From NCBI RefSeq assembly GCF_041641055.1, contig NZ_JBEPZB010000008.1, positions 46,600 through 110,599 on the forward strand: 64,000 bases of DNA. The letters are read 5' to 3'. Shown one piece after another: positions 48,838 to 59,491 of this stretch. The position numbers and the translations under genes are program-made. The notes under the pieces were generated by a model. That model was given only the letters and a program-made list of their open reading frames with translations, had not been told where the DNA came from and made no database searches. Source of the stretch: Microbacterium sp. (lineage in GTDB: Bacteria; Actinomycetota; Actinomycetes; Actinomycetales; Microbacteriaceae). Position 1 is the stretch's first letter. The number at the start of each line of letters is the position of its first letter.

Positions 48838-49748
48838 GAATCGGACTCATCCTCACCGAGGTCCTCGGCGGCCTGCGGCGCAACATCTCGATGGTGATCT
48901 CCGTCGTGCTGGTGACCTTCGTCTCGCTGACCTTCGTCGGCGCCGCCATCCTCATGCAGGCGCAGATCGGCACCATGCGCGGTTACTGGACCGAGCGGGC
49001 GCAGGTCGCGGTCTACATGTGCTCGGAGATCTCCGAGCAGGACACCTGCGTCGACGGCGGCGCCTCCGAGGACCAGGTCAACGCCGTCCGCGACCAGCTG
49101 GAGGGCGAAGCGCTCGCGCCGCTCATCAGCGATGTCACCTTCGACTCGAAGGAGGACACCTACGCCAAGCTGGTCGACCAGCTGGGCGAGGACCAGGCCA
49201 GCGTGATCACGCCGGACCAGGCGTTCGAGGTGTTCTTCGTCACGATGAAGGACCCGGGGCAGTCCCAGGTCATCGCGGAGGCGTTCAACGGCGTCGCCGG
49301 GGTCGAGCAGGTCCAGGACCAGCTGCAGTACCTCGAACCCCTCTTCTCGGCCCTCACCGTCGCGACGTACATCGCCGTCGGGATCGCCGTGCTCATGCTC
49401 ATCGCCGCCATCCTCCTGATCGGCACGACCATCCGGCTGTCCGCCTATGCGCGGCGCAAGGAGATCGGGATCATGCGTCTGGTCGGCGCCTCGAACCGCT
49501 TCATCCAGACGCCGTTCGTCCTGGAGGGCGTCTTCGCCGCATTCCTCGGGTCCGTACTGGCGAGTGCTGCCGTGGTCGCAGGTGTGCACTTCGGCGTCGA
49601 CGGCTACCTGCGAGGACGCGTGCCGTTCATCACGACCTGGGTCTCGATGAACGACGCCGCGATCGTGGTGCCGGTCCTGATCGGCATCGGGGTGGTGCTC
49701 GCCGCGCTCTCGGCAGGGTTCGCGATCCGTCGCTGGCTGCGCACGTGA
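48834..49748 (+). CDS. ftsX: Cell division permease FtsX
   Basis: [22 protein letters not shown] and IQTPFVLEG. Confidence 0.93.
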   Translation: MRIGLILTEVLGGLRRNISMVISVVLVTFVSLTFVGAAILMQAQIGTMRGYWTERAQVAVYMCSEISEQDTCVDGGASEDQVNAVRDQLEGEALAPLISDVTFDSKEDTYAKLVDQLGEDQASVITPDQAFEVFFVTMKDPGQSQVIAEAFNGVAGVEQVQDQLQYLEPLFSALTVATYIAVGIAVLMLIAAILLIGTTIRLSAYARRKEIGIMRLVGASNRFIQTPFVLEGVFAAFLGSVLASAAVVAGVHFGVDGYLRGRVPFITTWVSMNDAAIVVPVLIGIGVVLAALSAGFAIRRWLRT

Positions 49749-49834
49749 GCCGCCTGTCGGTATAGACTGACAGGCTGTCGTGCGCCCGCCATCGGGCTCT
49801 GGAACCACTGCACGGCACGGATCAGGAGAGAATC

Positions 49835-50311
49835 ATGCCCAGGGAACGCGGGGAGAAGGTCATCGCGACCAATCGTCGCGCACGTCACGACTACAACATC
49901 GAGAAGTCGTACGAGGCGGGGATGGTGCTCACCGGCACCGAGGTGAAGTCGCTGCGCCAGGGGCGCGCGAATCTGAGCGACGGATACGCGTTCGTCAAGG
50001 GCAACGAGGTGTTCCTCGATTCCGTGCACATCCCGGAGTACTCGCAGGGGCACTGGACCAACCACTCCGCCAAGCGCGTCCGCAAGCTGCTGCTGCACCG
50101 CGAGGAGATCGCGAAGCTGCAGCATGCCGTCTCGGCCGGTGGCTACACGCTGATCCCGCTCAAGCTGTACTTCTCCGACGGTCGGGCCAAGGTCGAGATC
50201 GCTCTCGCCAAGGGCAAGCGCGAGTTCGACAAGCGCCAGACGCTGCGCGAGCGTCAGGACACCCGCGAAGCCGAACGCGCGATGCGCCTGCGCAACCGCG
50301 TCGGCGAGTGA
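49835..50311 (+). CDS. smpB: SsrA-binding protein
   Basis: NRRARHDY, GTEVKSLR, RKLLLHR and GKREFDKR. Confidence 0.95.
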   Translation: MPRERGEKVIATNRRARHDYNIEKSYEAGMVLTGTEVKSLRQGRANLSDGYAFVKGNEVFLDSVHIPEYSQGHWTNHSAKRVRKLLLHREEIAKLQHAVSAGGYTLIPLKLYFSDGRAKVEIALAKGKREFDKRQTLRERQDTREAERAMRLRNRVGE

Positions 50312-52171
50312 TCAGCTCTCGGTAGCGAACCCGAAGACGCGGCCGAGGAACGCGTACTCGCGCTCGAGCGCATCCACGATCGTCTCCTTCGCACGGAACC
50401 CGTGTCCCTCACCCGGGTAGAGGACGTACTCGTGGTCGATCCCGCGCGCAGCCAGTGCGTCGCGGATGGCCTCCGACTGCGACGGCGGCACCACCCGATC
50501 GTCCGCTCCCTGCATCAGCAGCACCGGCACCTGGATCCGGTCCGCGTGGGTCAGGGGAGAGCGTTCGACGTAGAGAGCCTCGGCCTCCGGCAGTGGGCCG
50601 ACCAGACCGTCGATGTAGTGCGCCTCGAAGTCGGGGGAGTGCGCGGTCAGCATCCGCAGGTCGGCCACGCCGTAGCGGCTGATGCCCGCCGCGAACGTGC
50701 CGCCGCGGACGAGGGCGGACAGCACCGTCCAGCCGCCGGCCGATCCGCCGCGGATCGCGATGCGGGCAGGGTCCGCGAGGCCGGCCTCGGCGAGACCGCG
50801 GGCGGCGGCGATGACATCGTCGACGTCCACGACGCCCCAGGCGCCGTCGAGGCGCTCACGATAGGCACGGCCGTAGCCGGTGGAGCCGCCGTAGTTCACG
50901 TCGAGTACGCCGATGCCCCGGCTCGTCCAGAACGCGATGGCGGCGGATGCGGCTCCCGTGACGTGCGCGGTGGGACCGCCGTGCACCCACACGACGTAGG
51001 GCGCGAGCTCGCCATCGGGAGCGGATGCGGTCGGATTCGCCGGGGCGTACACGAAGGCGTGCACGTCGCCGTGGGCGCCGGCGACGACGAGCTCGGAGGG
51101 CGCGGGCATCCAGTCGGCATCGACGGGCTGGGCGCCGGTGATCGCCGTGACCTCACCCGAGTCGACGTCGACGCACCACACTCCCGGCGACGTCGTCGAG
51201 CTGTTCCCGGAGAGCAGCACCCGGGTGCCTGAGACGTCGTCGACGCTGACGTGTCCGTCGGCGGGGAGTCCCTGCACCCGTGCGGCACCGTCATGATCGA
51301 GGAGGACGACCTCATCGCGTCCCTCGGTCCGCACGGCGACGAGACGGCCGTCTCCGAGCGGTCGGTACCAGCGGTTGCCCAACACCCAGAGCCCGTATCC
51401 GGTGTCCGCGTCGACTTCGTCCACGGGCACTGCGGGCCCGACCGCGTGCAGATGCTCGAAGCGTTGACGGTGCAGCGCCCAGCGACCGGAGGGATCGTCG
51501 GCGTAGACGAGTTCTGCGTCGTCAAGCCATTCGGGCTGCAGAGCCGCGCGCGTGGGCAGCTCGATGCGGGTCGCACCGTCCGAGACCATGAGAGCGGCGT
51601 GCTGCCACGGCATCCGCTCTCCCGACCACTCGACCCACGCGATGCGGGTGCCGTCCGGCGAGAGGGCGGGATGCGCGTAGAACGCCTCACCCTCCACGAT
51701 GACGCTCAGCCGAGACGCGTCGTCGTGTGCCGAGCCGTCGGTGGGGATCTCGATGATCGCTCGGCGGTGAGGGTCCTGCGTGAGGTCTTCCCTGACGGCG
51801 AACAGGCGGCCGTGCTGCAACCGCAGGCCTCCGTGGGCGGCACCCTGGGGGGTCAGTGGGACCGGTGCGCCGCCCCGCGGCATCCGATGCACGCGCTGGT
51901 CGGTAGCTGCCACGAAGTACAGCGTGCCGTCGTGGTCGGCTGTCCATGCTCCTCCGCCGTACTCGTGCACGCGCGAGCGGGCGCTCCACGGCGCGGGAAG
52001 GATCTCGACCCCGGTCGAACTGCGCACGGTCACGCGGCCGCCCTCGGAGGGGACGGATTCGCCCCACCAGATCTCATCGCCGACGAACAGGGCGCCGTCG
52101 ATCCGTGGTGAGGCGGTGGCGACAGAGGCGGGGGAGAAGGGGGAGGGCCAGGTACCGAACGGCGACGACAT
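50312..52171 (-). CDS. S9 family (prolyl oligopeptidase / acylaminoacyl) peptidase
   Basis: VHGGPT, GGSAGG nucleophile elbow, GADDRVVP and EGHGF. Confidence 0.9.
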   Translation of the reverse strand: MSSPFGTWPSPFSPASVATASPRIDGALFVGDEIWWGESVPSEGGRVTVRSSTGVEILPAPWSARSRVHEYGGGAWTADHDGTLYFVAATDQRVHRMPRGGAPVPLTPQGAAHGGLRLQHGRLFAVREDLTQDPHRRAIIEIPTDGSAHDDASRLSVIVEGEAFYAHPALSPDGTRIAWVEWSGERMPWQHAALMVSDGATRIELPTRAALQPEWLDDAELVYADDPSGRWALHRQRFEHLHAVGPAVPVDEVDADTGYGLWVLGNRWYRPLGDGRLVAVRTEGRDEVVLLDHDGAARVQGLPADGHVSVDDVSGTRVLLSGNSSTTSPGVWCVDVDSGEVTAITGAQPVDADWMPAPSELVVAGAHGDVHAFVYAPANPTASAPDGELAPYVVWVHGGPTAHVTGAASAAIAFWTSRGIGVLDVNYGGSTGYGRAYRERLDGAWGVVDVDDVIAAARGLAEAGLADPARIAIRGGSAGGWTVLSALVRGGTFAAGISRYGVADLRMLTAHSPDFEAHYIDGLVGPLPEAEALYVERSPLTHADRIQVPVLLMQGADDRVVPPSQSEAIRDALAARGIDHEYVLYPGEGHGFRAKETIVDALEREYAFLGRVFGFATES

Positions 52172-52236
52172 GCTTCGAGCCTATGGTGCTCTCCGACGGC
52201 TCGCAGCGGCCCGAGGCGGAGACCGGTCCGCGCATG

Positions 52237-52270
52237 ACGAAGGCCCCTCCTATGCAGGAGGAGCCTTCGT
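52237..52270 (-). terminator. Probable terminator after lexA
   Basis: acgaaggc...cctcct-atgc-aggagg...gccttcgt stem-loop. Confidence 0.6.
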
Positions 52271-52275
52271 GGAAG

Positions 52276-52962
52276 TCAGACGGCGCGCAGCACGGCGACG
52301 ATCTTGCCGAGGATGACGGCTTCGTCGCCCAGGATCGGCTCGAACGCGGAGTTGCGCGGCAGCAGCCACGTGTGGCCGTCGCGGCGACGGAGCACCTTGA
52401 CCGTGGCCTCGCCGTCGAGCATGGCGGCGACGATCTCGCCGTTCTCCGCGTTGTTCTGCGACCGGACGACGACCCAGTCGCCGTCGCAGATCGCCGCGTC
52501 GATCATCGATTCGCCCGAGACGTTGAGCATGAAGAGGTCGCCCTTGCCGACGAGCTGCCGGGGGAGGGGGAAGATCTCCTCGACCTGCTGATCGGCGGTG
52601 ATGGGAACCCCGGCGGCGATACGCCCGACCAGGGGGACGAGCGCGGCGTCGCCGACGGGCGTCGCGACGTCGGCGGGGTTCTCGCCGCTCGTGCCGGGCA
52701 GGTCGATGAGGACCTCCATGGCCCGCGTCTTGCCCGGGTCGCGGCGCAGGTAGCCGCTGAGCTCCAGCTGACCGAGCTGATGGGTGACGCTCGACAGCGA
52801 CTTCAGCCCGACGGCGTCGCCGATCTCGCGCATGCTCGGCGGGTAGCCGTGCCGGCTGATCGAGGCCTGGATGACCTCGAGGATCGCCATCTGCTTGGGG
52901 CTCAGGCTCTTCCGGCGGCGGGTTCGCGGGACGTCGGACTCGGGTGCGGAGTTCTCGCTCAT
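52276..52962 (-). CDS. lexA: SOS repressor LexA
   Basis: [10 protein letters not shown] winged HTH, IAAGVP cleavage site, GESM Ser and TVK Lys. Confidence 0.95.
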   Translation of the reverse strand: MSENSAPESDVPRTRRRKSLSPKQMAILEVIQASISRHGYPPSMREIGDAVGLKSLSSVTHQLGQLELSGYLRRDPGKTRAMEVLIDLPGTSGENPADVATPVGDAALVPLVGRIAAGVPITADQQVEEIFPLPRQLVGKGDLFMLNVSGESMIDAAICDGDWVVVRSQNNAENGEIVAAMLDGEATVKVLRRRDGHTWLLPRNSAFEPILGDEAVILGKIVAVLRAV

Positions 52963-52995
52963 GGTGCTCCTCAGGTGTGCGATCCGGCGTCTCGG

Positions 52996-53150
52996 TTCGA
53001 ATGTCGGAGGCCCGTGATGGGGTGTCCGTATCGAAACCGTATCCGAGAATCGCGCCGATGTGGAAGATCTGTTCGAGCGTGTCGGCCGAATATCGGATGT
53101 GTTTTTCGAAGAACGCTTGACAGATGTTCGAATTCGAAGATACCTTCGGA
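52996..53150. promoter_or_regulatory. lexA/LysM divergent promoter with degenerate SOS-box-like sites
   Basis: Plus-strand -35 TTGACA (53117-22) and -10 TACCTT (53141-46). TGGAAG-ATCT-GTTCGA (53061-76), TCGAAG-ATAC-CTTCGG (53134-49) and further TCGAA/TTCGA half-sites resemble the actinobacterial TCGAAC-N4-GTTCGA. Confidence 0.65.
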
Positions 53151-53243
53151 ACGTAGCTTCGCATCCAAGGCTCCCGGCCGAGACGCGGATGCGAACGCTA
53201 CGCCAACTTCACCGCTTCGGCGGGAATGCAGAGGAGCCACGAC

Positions 53244-53609
53244 ATGAGCACCATCACCTTCAGCACCGCAGCAGCAGTCCTTCCGGCTCGTCCGGCGACG
53301 CGGCTCAAGCTGACGGCGCGTGGCCGTCGTGTCGTCCTCGCCATCGCAGCGGTGCCGCTCGCCGTGGGGATCGGCTTCGCCGCTCTCAGCGGCGGCAGCG
53401 CGATGGCGTCGGGGGAGCAGGTCGCCACCGCGTCGTTCGCGACGGTGACGGTGATGCCGGGCGACACCCTGTGGTCGATCGCAGAGAGCATCGCTCCGGC
53501 GGCGGATCCGCGAGAGGTCATCGGCGACATCACCCGCCTGAACGTCCTGCGCGGCGGCGAGCTGCAGATCGGCCAGGAGCTGGCCATCCCCGCGCAGTAC
53601 TCCGAGTGA
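53244..53609 (+). CDS. Membrane-anchored LysM protein (YneA/ChiZ-like SOS division inhibitor candidate)
   Basis: LTARGRRV, one TM helix, then LysM VMPGDTLWSIA; divergent from lexA; GAGGAG SD. Confidence 0.82.
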   Translation: MSTITFSTAAAVLPARPATRLKLTARGRRVVLAIAAVPLAVGIGFAALSGGSAMASGEQVATASFATVTVMPGDTLWSIAESIAPAADPREVIGDITRLNVLRGGELQIGQELAIPAQYSE

Positions 53610-53676
53610 GGCCTCGCGCAGTCCTTCTCCGTCACGACGCGAGTCGAGAGGTCTGACGCGGCCTACCATGGGAAGG

Positions 53677-54762
53677 GTGACTGCATCACTGTCTGACCTC
53701 CCGCTTCGCGACGACCTTCGAGGGCTCACGCCGTACGGCGCTCCTCAGGCCCCGCTTCCGATCGCCCTGAACGTCAACGAGAACACGCATCCCGTGCCGG
53801 ATGCTGTGGCGAGTGACATCCTCGACGACATCGCGGTCGCACTGCGGGACGTGAACCGCTACCCCGACCGCGAGTTCACGACACTGCGCGAAGGATTTGC
53901 CGAGTATCTCGGGCACGGGCTCCAGCCCGAGCAGATCTGGGCGGGCAACGGGTCGAACGAGGTGCTCCAGCACATCCTCCAGGCGTTCGGCGGACCGGGG
54001 CGCACGGCGTTCAGCTTCGCGCCGACGTACTCGATGTACCCGCTCATCGCCCAGGGCACGGGGGCGCGCTGGATCGCGGGCACCCGCCAGCCCGACTACA
54101 CGATCACGCCCGACGAGGCGGCCGCCCAGGTCGAGGAACTCGACCCCGACGTCATCCTGCTGTGCTCCCCGAACAACCCGACCGGAACGCCGCTCGGCCT
54201 CGACGTCGTCGAGGCGGTCTACGAGGTGTCGCGCGGCATCGTGATCGTCGACGAGGCGTACCAGGAGTTCGCCCCGCACGAGGCGCCGTCTGCGCTGACT
54301 CTGCTCGAGGGTCGGCCACGCCTCGCGGTGTCGCGCACCATGAGCAAGGCGTTCGCGTTCGCCGGGGCACGCGTGGGCTACCTCGCCGCCGACCCCGCGT
54401 TCATCGACGCTCTGCGCCTCGTGCGCCTGCCATACCACCTGAGTGCCCTGACGCAGGCGGCCGCGATCGCCGCCCTGCGCAACTCCGAGGTCATGCTGGG
54501 CATGGTCGAGGAGATCGTGGAACAGCGCGATCGCATCTCCGCCACTCTGGAGGCCCTGGGTTACACGCCCCACGAGTCGTGGTCGAACTTCGTCCTGTTC
54601 GGCGGCGTCGCCGAGCCGCAGCGGGTCTGGCAGCAGCTCTACGACCGGGGCGTGCTCATCCGCGACGTCGGGATTCCCGGGCACCTGCGCGTCACCGCGG
54701 GCACGGAGGCGGAGACCACCGCGTTCCTCGACGCCCTCGCCTCGATAGGATCGGCTTCATGA
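53677..54762 (+). CDS. hisC: Histidinol-phosphate aminotransferase
   Basis: [24 protein letters not shown] and [17 protein letters not shown]. Confidence 0.95.
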   Translation: MTASLSDLPLRDDLRGLTPYGAPQAPLPIALNVNENTHPVPDAVASDILDDIAVALRDVNRYPDREFTTLREGFAEYLGHGLQPEQIWAGNGSNEVLQHILQAFGGPGRTAFSFAPTYSMYPLIAQGTGARWIAGTRQPDYTITPDEAAAQVEELDPDVILLCSPNNPTGTPLGLDVVEAVYEVSRGIVIVDEAYQEFAPHEAPSALTLLEGRPRLAVSRTMSKAFAFAGARVGYLAADPAFIDALRLVRLPYHLSALTQAAAIAALRNSEVMLGMVEEIVEQRDRISATLEALGYTPHESWSNFVLFGGVAEPQRVWQQLYDRGVLIRDVGIPGHLRVTAGTEAETTAFLDALASIGSAS

Positions 54763-55376
54763 GCAGCCCCGTCCAGACCCCGCGCACCGCCTCGCGTGTG
54801 CGCAGCACGTCGGAGTCCACCGTCGAGCTCGAACTGAACCTCGACGGCACCGGTGCGAGCCGCATCGACACGTCGGTGCCGTTCTTCGACCACATGCTCA
54901 CGGCGTTCGCGAAGCACTCGCTCACCGACCTCACCGTGCGAGCCTCCGGTGACACGCAGATCGATGCGCACCACACGGTCGAGGACGTCTCGATCGTGCT
55001 CGGACAGGCCATCCTCGAGGCGCTCGGCGACAAGTCGGGAATCTCCCGCTACGGCGATGCGCTGGTGCCTCTCGACGAGGCGCTCGCGCAGGCGGTCGTC
55101 GACATCTCGGGGCGCCCGTACCTCGTGCACACCGGGGAGCCCGCCGGGTTCGAGCACCACCTGATCGGTGGCCACTTCACGGGGTCGCTGGTGCGTCACT
55201 CGTTCGAGGCCATCAGCTTCAACGCCGCCCTCACCGTGCACGTCCGGGTTCTCGGCGGACGCGACCCGCACCACATCGCGGAGGCGGAGTACAAAGCGTT
55301 CGCCCGCGCGTTCCGTCAGGCCAAGGCTCTGGATCCCTCGGTGGACGGCATCCCCTCGACCAAGGGCGCGCTGTGA
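54759..55376 (+). CDS. hisB: Imidazoleglycerol-phosphate dehydratase
   Basis: [14 protein letters not shown] and [13 protein letters not shown]; start ATG at 54759. Confidence 0.95.
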   Translation: MSSPVQTPRTASRVRSTSESTVELELNLDGTGASRIDTSVPFFDHMLTAFAKHSLTDLTVRASGDTQIDAHHTVEDVSIVLGQAILEALGDKSGISRYGDALVPLDEALAQAVVDISGRPYLVHTGEPAGFEHHLIGGHFTGSLVRHSFEAISFNAALTVHVRVLGGRDPHHIAEAEYKAFARAFRQAKALDPSVDGIPSTKGAL

Positions 55377-56014
55377 GCAGCGCACCTCGGGTCGCCGTCT
55401 TCGACTACGAGTCCGGCAATGTCCACTCGGCGGTGAAGGCCCTCGTCGCGGCGGGAGCGGATGCCGTGCTCACCCGCGACCGCAAGGAGGCGCTCGAGGC
55501 CGACGGCCTCGTCGTGCCAGGAGTCGGCGCCTTCCAGGCCGTCCGCGAGGCGCTCCACGCGCACGGCGGCGACGAGATCATCGATCGACGCCTCGCCGGA
55601 GGCCGCCCCGTGCTCGGCATCTGCGTCGGCATGCAGGTGCTGTTCGCCCACGGGGTCGAGCGCGGCCACGACACCGAGGGCCTGGCCGAGTGGCCCGGAG
55701 CGGTGACGGAGCTCAACGCTCCCGTGCTTCCGCACATGGGATGGAACACGGTCGAGCCGGGCTCCGACTCGGTGCTCTTCCGCGGCATCGAGAACGAGCG
55801 CTTCTATTTCGTGCACTCCTACGCCGCGCAGTCGTGGGAGCTCGATGTGATCCCGCCGTTCCCGCAGCCGGTGCTCACGTGGTCGACGTACGGCGACCCG
55901 TTCCTCGCGGCCGTCGAGAACGGACCGCTGTCGGCCACCCAGTTCCACCCGGAGAAGTCCGGCGACGCGGGCATCCAGCTCCTGCGCAACTGGGTCGACA
56001 GCCTTCGCGGCTGA
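55373..56014 (+). CDS. hisH: Imidazole glycerol phosphate synthase glutaminase subunit
   Basis: PGVGAF, GICVGMQ, YFVHSY and QFHPEKS. Confidence 0.95.
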   Translation: MSSAPRVAVFDYESGNVHSAVKALVAAGADAVLTRDRKEALEADGLVVPGVGAFQAVREALHAHGGDEIIDRRLAGGRPVLGICVGMQVLFAHGVERGHDTEGLAEWPGAVTELNAPVLPHMGWNTVEPGSDSVLFRGIENERFYFVHSYAAQSWELDVIPPFPQPVLTWSTYGDPFLAAVENGPLSATQFHPEKSGDAGIQLLRNWVDSLRG

Positions 56015-56059
56015 CAGCGCCGGCTGACGGGCGTCGGACGCCTCTGGCGACCCTCGTCG

Positions 56060-57757
56060 TCAGAATCCGCGCGCGACGGCGGCTGCGGCGGACAGCCACG
56101 CCTGCTGCGTCGGCGCCGCAAGACCCCGCAGGCGCAGGTGACCGTCGACCATCTCGCGGTCGAAGGGGATGCTGACGACCTCACGGGCCAACGGCTGGTA
56201 GCCCGCGACGACCTCAGCGACATCCGCAGACGACGCCTTCGGGTCGGCCTGACTGACGACGACGACCGAATCGCGGGCGAGGCGGGCCGACCGCTCGTCG
56301 CGGTCCTCCAGTGCCTCGAGGAGCAGCGCGCCTGCTTCGGCGTGGTCGTCGCGGGTCGTCGTGGCGACGACGATCTGGTCGGCGAGGTCGATCATCCGCA
56401 GCCACATCGGGTCGGATTCGTCGTTACCGGAATCGATGATGATCAGGCGGTAGAACTTCGCTGCGACGGCGTGGATCGAGTCGACGTCCGTGGGGCTCAG
56501 CCTGTTCTCATGCGCCAGCCGGATGGGCTTGGACCGCAGGACGTCGTACTTCTCCTGCGGCTGATGGTGCACGAAGTGCGCGAGGTCGGCCGACTGGCCC
56601 TGGGCGCCGAGGAGCCGCTGCGTCTGGGGCAGGAGCTCGAGCAGAGTGCGGTCGTGGGCACCGGCCTCGGTGCGCCAGCCGAGTGTCCCTCGAGTCTGGT
56701 TGTTGTCCCACGCGAGCACGCCGGCACCGCCGTACTGGGCGAAGACGGCCGACAGCAGCACGGTGGCCGGGGTCTTCCCCGCGCCGCCCTTGCCGTTCAC
56801 CACGGCGACGGTTCGAGGGCCGGGCCAGTGGCGACTCACCTCGTGCTCGTCGTCGCGCATGGCACGTTCGCGCGCGTTCGGGCCGATCGAGAAGCCGACC
56901 TTGTTGAGGAATCCGCGTCCGCCTCTACGGGCCGGTTCCTCGCGGCGCTCCTCCTGCAGGAACGAGCGTCGTTCGATGCCCTGCTCCCGCTGCTCGCGGC
57001 GTGACGGCGGCGCGACCGGCGACGGAACGGGGGCGTGTGCCGGCGACGCGGATGGCGTGGCCGGGGTCGACGGCAGAGACGGCGCCGGTGACAGAGACGG
57101 CGCCGGTGACACAGACGGCGCGGGCGACAGAGACGGCGCGGGTGACAGAGACGGCGCGGCGGGCGCGGAGGGGCTCGTGGGGACGCCGGTGATCGGCACC
57201 GGAGGTGTCGCGGGCGCTGCGGGGGTCTGCTGCGCGGGCGCGACGACCGGCGGTGCCGGCCAGGACGGAGCTGTCGGAACGCTCGGAGTGGCGGGCGAGA
57301 CCGGAGATGCAGGCGCAGCGGCATCGCGCCGGATCGAGGTCGGGGCGGTCTGAGCGGTCGGCGTCATCGGAGGAGTCGGGGCGGCCGGCGCGGACGAGGC
57401 CGGGCTCGCGGCCGGTGTTCCCGGTGCGGCCGCCGGTGCCGCAGTGGGAGCCGGTGCCGCAGGGGGAGTCGGGACCGCAGCCGCCGCAGCGGCGGCCTCC
57501 GCCCGCGTGGCGGGCGCGGTCGGCGCCGGAGTGGCCGCGGTGCTCGCCGCTCTCGGTGCCCTGGGCACCGTCATCTCGGGCACGGAGTCGTCGATGTCTG
57601 CGGCCGCGGTGGCATCCGCCGGGCGCGGAGGCCGTGCCAGGGGAGCGGCATCCTCCGGGTTCAGCGGGACGTGCGCCACGATGTCCGGGTTCTCCGGCGG
57701 CATCGGGTTCCCGCGTCGCAGGGGTCCGCCTCCTCGCGGTTCCGCATCGCGCACCAT
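56060..57757 (-). CDS. MinD/ParA-family ATPase with a Pro/Ala-rich N-terminal region
   Basis: Deviant Walker A NGKGGAGKT, WDNN and IIDSGN; GAGGAG SD before ATG 57757 (alternative start 57703). Confidence 0.8.
   Translation of the reverse strand: MVRDAEPRGGGPLRRGNPMPPENPDIVAHVPLNPEDAAPLARPPRPADATAAADIDDSVPEMTVPRAPRAASTAATPAPTAPATRAEAAAAAAAVPTPPAAPAPTAAPAAAPGTPAASPASSAPAAPTPPMTPTAQTAPTSIRRDAAAPASPVSPATPSVPTAPSWPAPPVVAPAQQTPAAPATPPVPITGVPTSPSAPAAPSLSPAPSLSPAPSVSPAPSLSPAPSLPSTPATPSASPAHAPVPSPVAPPSRREQREQGIERRSFLQEERREEPARRGGRGFLNKVGFSIGPNARERAMRDDEHEVSRHWPGPRTVAVVNGKGGAGKTPATVLLSAVFAQYGGAGVLAWDNNQTRGTLGWRTEAGAHDRTLLELLPQTQRLLGAQGQSADLAHFVHHQPQEKYDVLRSKPIRLAHENRLSPTDVDSIHAVAAKFYRLIIIDSGNDESDPMWLRMIDLADQIVVATTTRDDHAEAGALLLEALEDRDERSARLARDSVVVVSQADPKASSADVAEVVAGYQPLAREVVSIPFDREMVDGHLRLRGLAAPTQQAWLSAAAAVARGF
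57074..57159 (-). repeat. About 4.8 copies of an 18-bp coding repeat (SPAPSL)
   Basis: Plus-strand unit cagagacggcgc(c/g)gg(t/c)ga starting at 57074, 57092, 57110, 57128 and 57146. Confidence 0.85.
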
Positions 57758-57912
57758 GCAATATCTCCTCACCGACCGAACAGGGGCGTCATCGAGGCTA
57801 CCGCCTGATGCCGGATGTTCTCTGCGGTCATCATTTTGGAGCGGGCGGATGCGCGGGCTAGTGTCGATTCTCGTGCCGACGAATCGGCCCTCCCATCTCA
57901 CCTGAGGACGTC

Positions 57913-58659
57913 ATGAACGACTTCGCGCAGTCTCCTTCGCTCACCCTGCTTCCCGCTGTCGACGTCGCCGGGGGCAAGGCGGTCCGGCTCACCCAGGGCG
58001 AGGCCGGCACCGAGACCAGCTACGGCGACCCGCTGGATGCCGCAGGGGAGTGGGTGGCGCAGGGCGCGAAGTGGATCCACCTCGTCGACCTCGACGCCGC
58101 GTTCGGTCGTGGCACCAACGCGCCGATCCTCCGCAAGGTCATCAAGCAGTTCAAGAACGTCAACGTCGAGCTCTCCGGTGGCATCCGCGACGACGCGACG
58201 CTCGAGGCCGCACTCGAGAGCGGTGCGAGCCGTATCAACCTCGGCACCGCTGCGCTGGAGAACCCGGAGTGGGCGGCCGACGTGATCGGCCGCTTCGGTG
58301 AGGCGATCGCCGTCGGACTCGACGTCCGGGGCACGACGCTCGCCGCACGGGGCTGGACGAAGGAGGGCGGCGATCTCTGGGAGGTCCTCGAGCGTCTCGA
58401 GGATGCCGGGTGCAGCCGCTACGTCGTGACCGACGTCACCAAGGACGGAACCCTCAAGGGCCCGAACCTCGAGCTCCTCCGCGAGGTCACGGCCCGTACC
58501 CCGAAGCCCGTCGTCGCCTCCGGCGGCATCTCCAACCTCGACGACATCGCGGCCCTCCGCGAGCTGGTGCCGCTCGGTGTCGAAGGCGCCATCGTCGGCA
58601 AGGCACTCTATGCCGGCGCGTTCACGCTGGCCGAGGCACTGGATGTCGCGGGGGACTGA
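57913..58659 (+). CDS. priA: Bifunctional HisA/TrpF isomerase PriA
   Basis: [38 protein letters not shown] and ASGGI. Confidence 0.93.
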   Translation: MNDFAQSPSLTLLPAVDVAGGKAVRLTQGEAGTETSYGDPLDAAGEWVAQGAKWIHLVDLDAAFGRGTNAPILRKVIKQFKNVNVELSGGIRDDATLEAALESGASRINLGTAALENPEWAADVIGRFGEAIAVGLDVRGTTLAARGWTKEGGDLWEVLERLEDAGCSRYVVTDVTKDGTLKGPNLELLREVTARTPKPVVASGGISNLDDIAALRELVPLGVEGAIVGKALYAGAFTLAEALDVAGD

Positions 58660-59464
58660 CGACACCGGCGCCCACGGTTCGCACGACCACGGCGCCCACG
58701 ACGCTCCGCGCAACGACGGCGATTCCGCCGGCGTCCCGTGGGAGGGCCGCAGCTTCGAGTCGAATCCGCACGCGGGTGACGACGGCTCGGCCGACCCCGC
58801 GCTGCTCGACGCGCTGCTGAGGTTCCGCGCCGGTGACGGGTCGCAGGCCGAGGTCGTCGACGCGTTCCGCAACGCCAGGGTGCTCATCCCGCTCATCGCG
58901 GAGAAGGGCGAGGAGGGCGTGGCGCCCAGCGGGCTCGCCGTCGACAAGACGCAGGAGCTCTCGATCGTCACGGTCGCGGCCCCTGACGGACGCCGTGTGC
59001 AGCCGGTCTTCTCCTCGGTCGAGGCGATGCAGCGGTGGGATGCCGCGGCGCGCCCGATCCCCGTCGAGGCGACGCGCGTGGCGCTCGCGGCGTCGGCGGA
59101 GGACACCGACCTCATCGTGCTCGATCCGACCTCCGACACCGAGTTCGTCATCCGCCGCCCCGCCGTGTGGGCGATCGCTCAGGGGCATCGGTGGGAACCG
59201 AGCTTCCTCTCACCCGAGGTCTTCCACGCGCTCCAGGAGAGCGTCGCCCATGAGCTGGCCGTCATCGACGTGTCGGTCGCAGCGGGGGATCCGGACGCCC
59301 GGCTGCGCGGACCCGAGCTGGTCGTCGTCCTCGAGCTCGTGGATGGGCTCGAGCGCGAGGTCCTCGATGCGGTGCTCGCCCGGCTCGCGCAGCGCTGGGC
59401 TGCCGATGACCGCATCGCGGTCCTCGCGGACTCCCTCACCGTGAAGCTCCGCCGCTCGCTCTGA
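58643..59464 (+). CDS. SseB family protein
   Basis: [30 protein letters not shown] and RPAVWAIA; usual position after priA. Confidence 0.78.
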   Translation: MSRGTDDTGAHGSHDHGAHDAPRNDGDSAGVPWEGRSFESNPHAGDDGSADPALLDALLRFRAGDGSQAEVVDAFRNARVLIPLIAEKGEEGVAPSGLAVDKTQELSIVTVAAPDGRRVQPVFSSVEAMQRWDAAARPIPVEATRVALAASAEDTDLIVLDPTSDTEFVIRRPAVWAIAQGHRWEPSFLSPEVFHALQESVAHELAVIDVSVAAGDPDARLRGPELVVVLELVDGLEREVLDAVLARLAQRWAADDRIAVLADSLTVKLRRSL

Positions 59465-59491
59465 GTGCTCGTCGCATCGTAGGGTGACGGC

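Noticed and set aside
57074-57159. 18-bp repeat as a CRISPR-like array
   Set aside because: The units are contiguous with no spacers, are in frame within a CDS, and there are no cas genes
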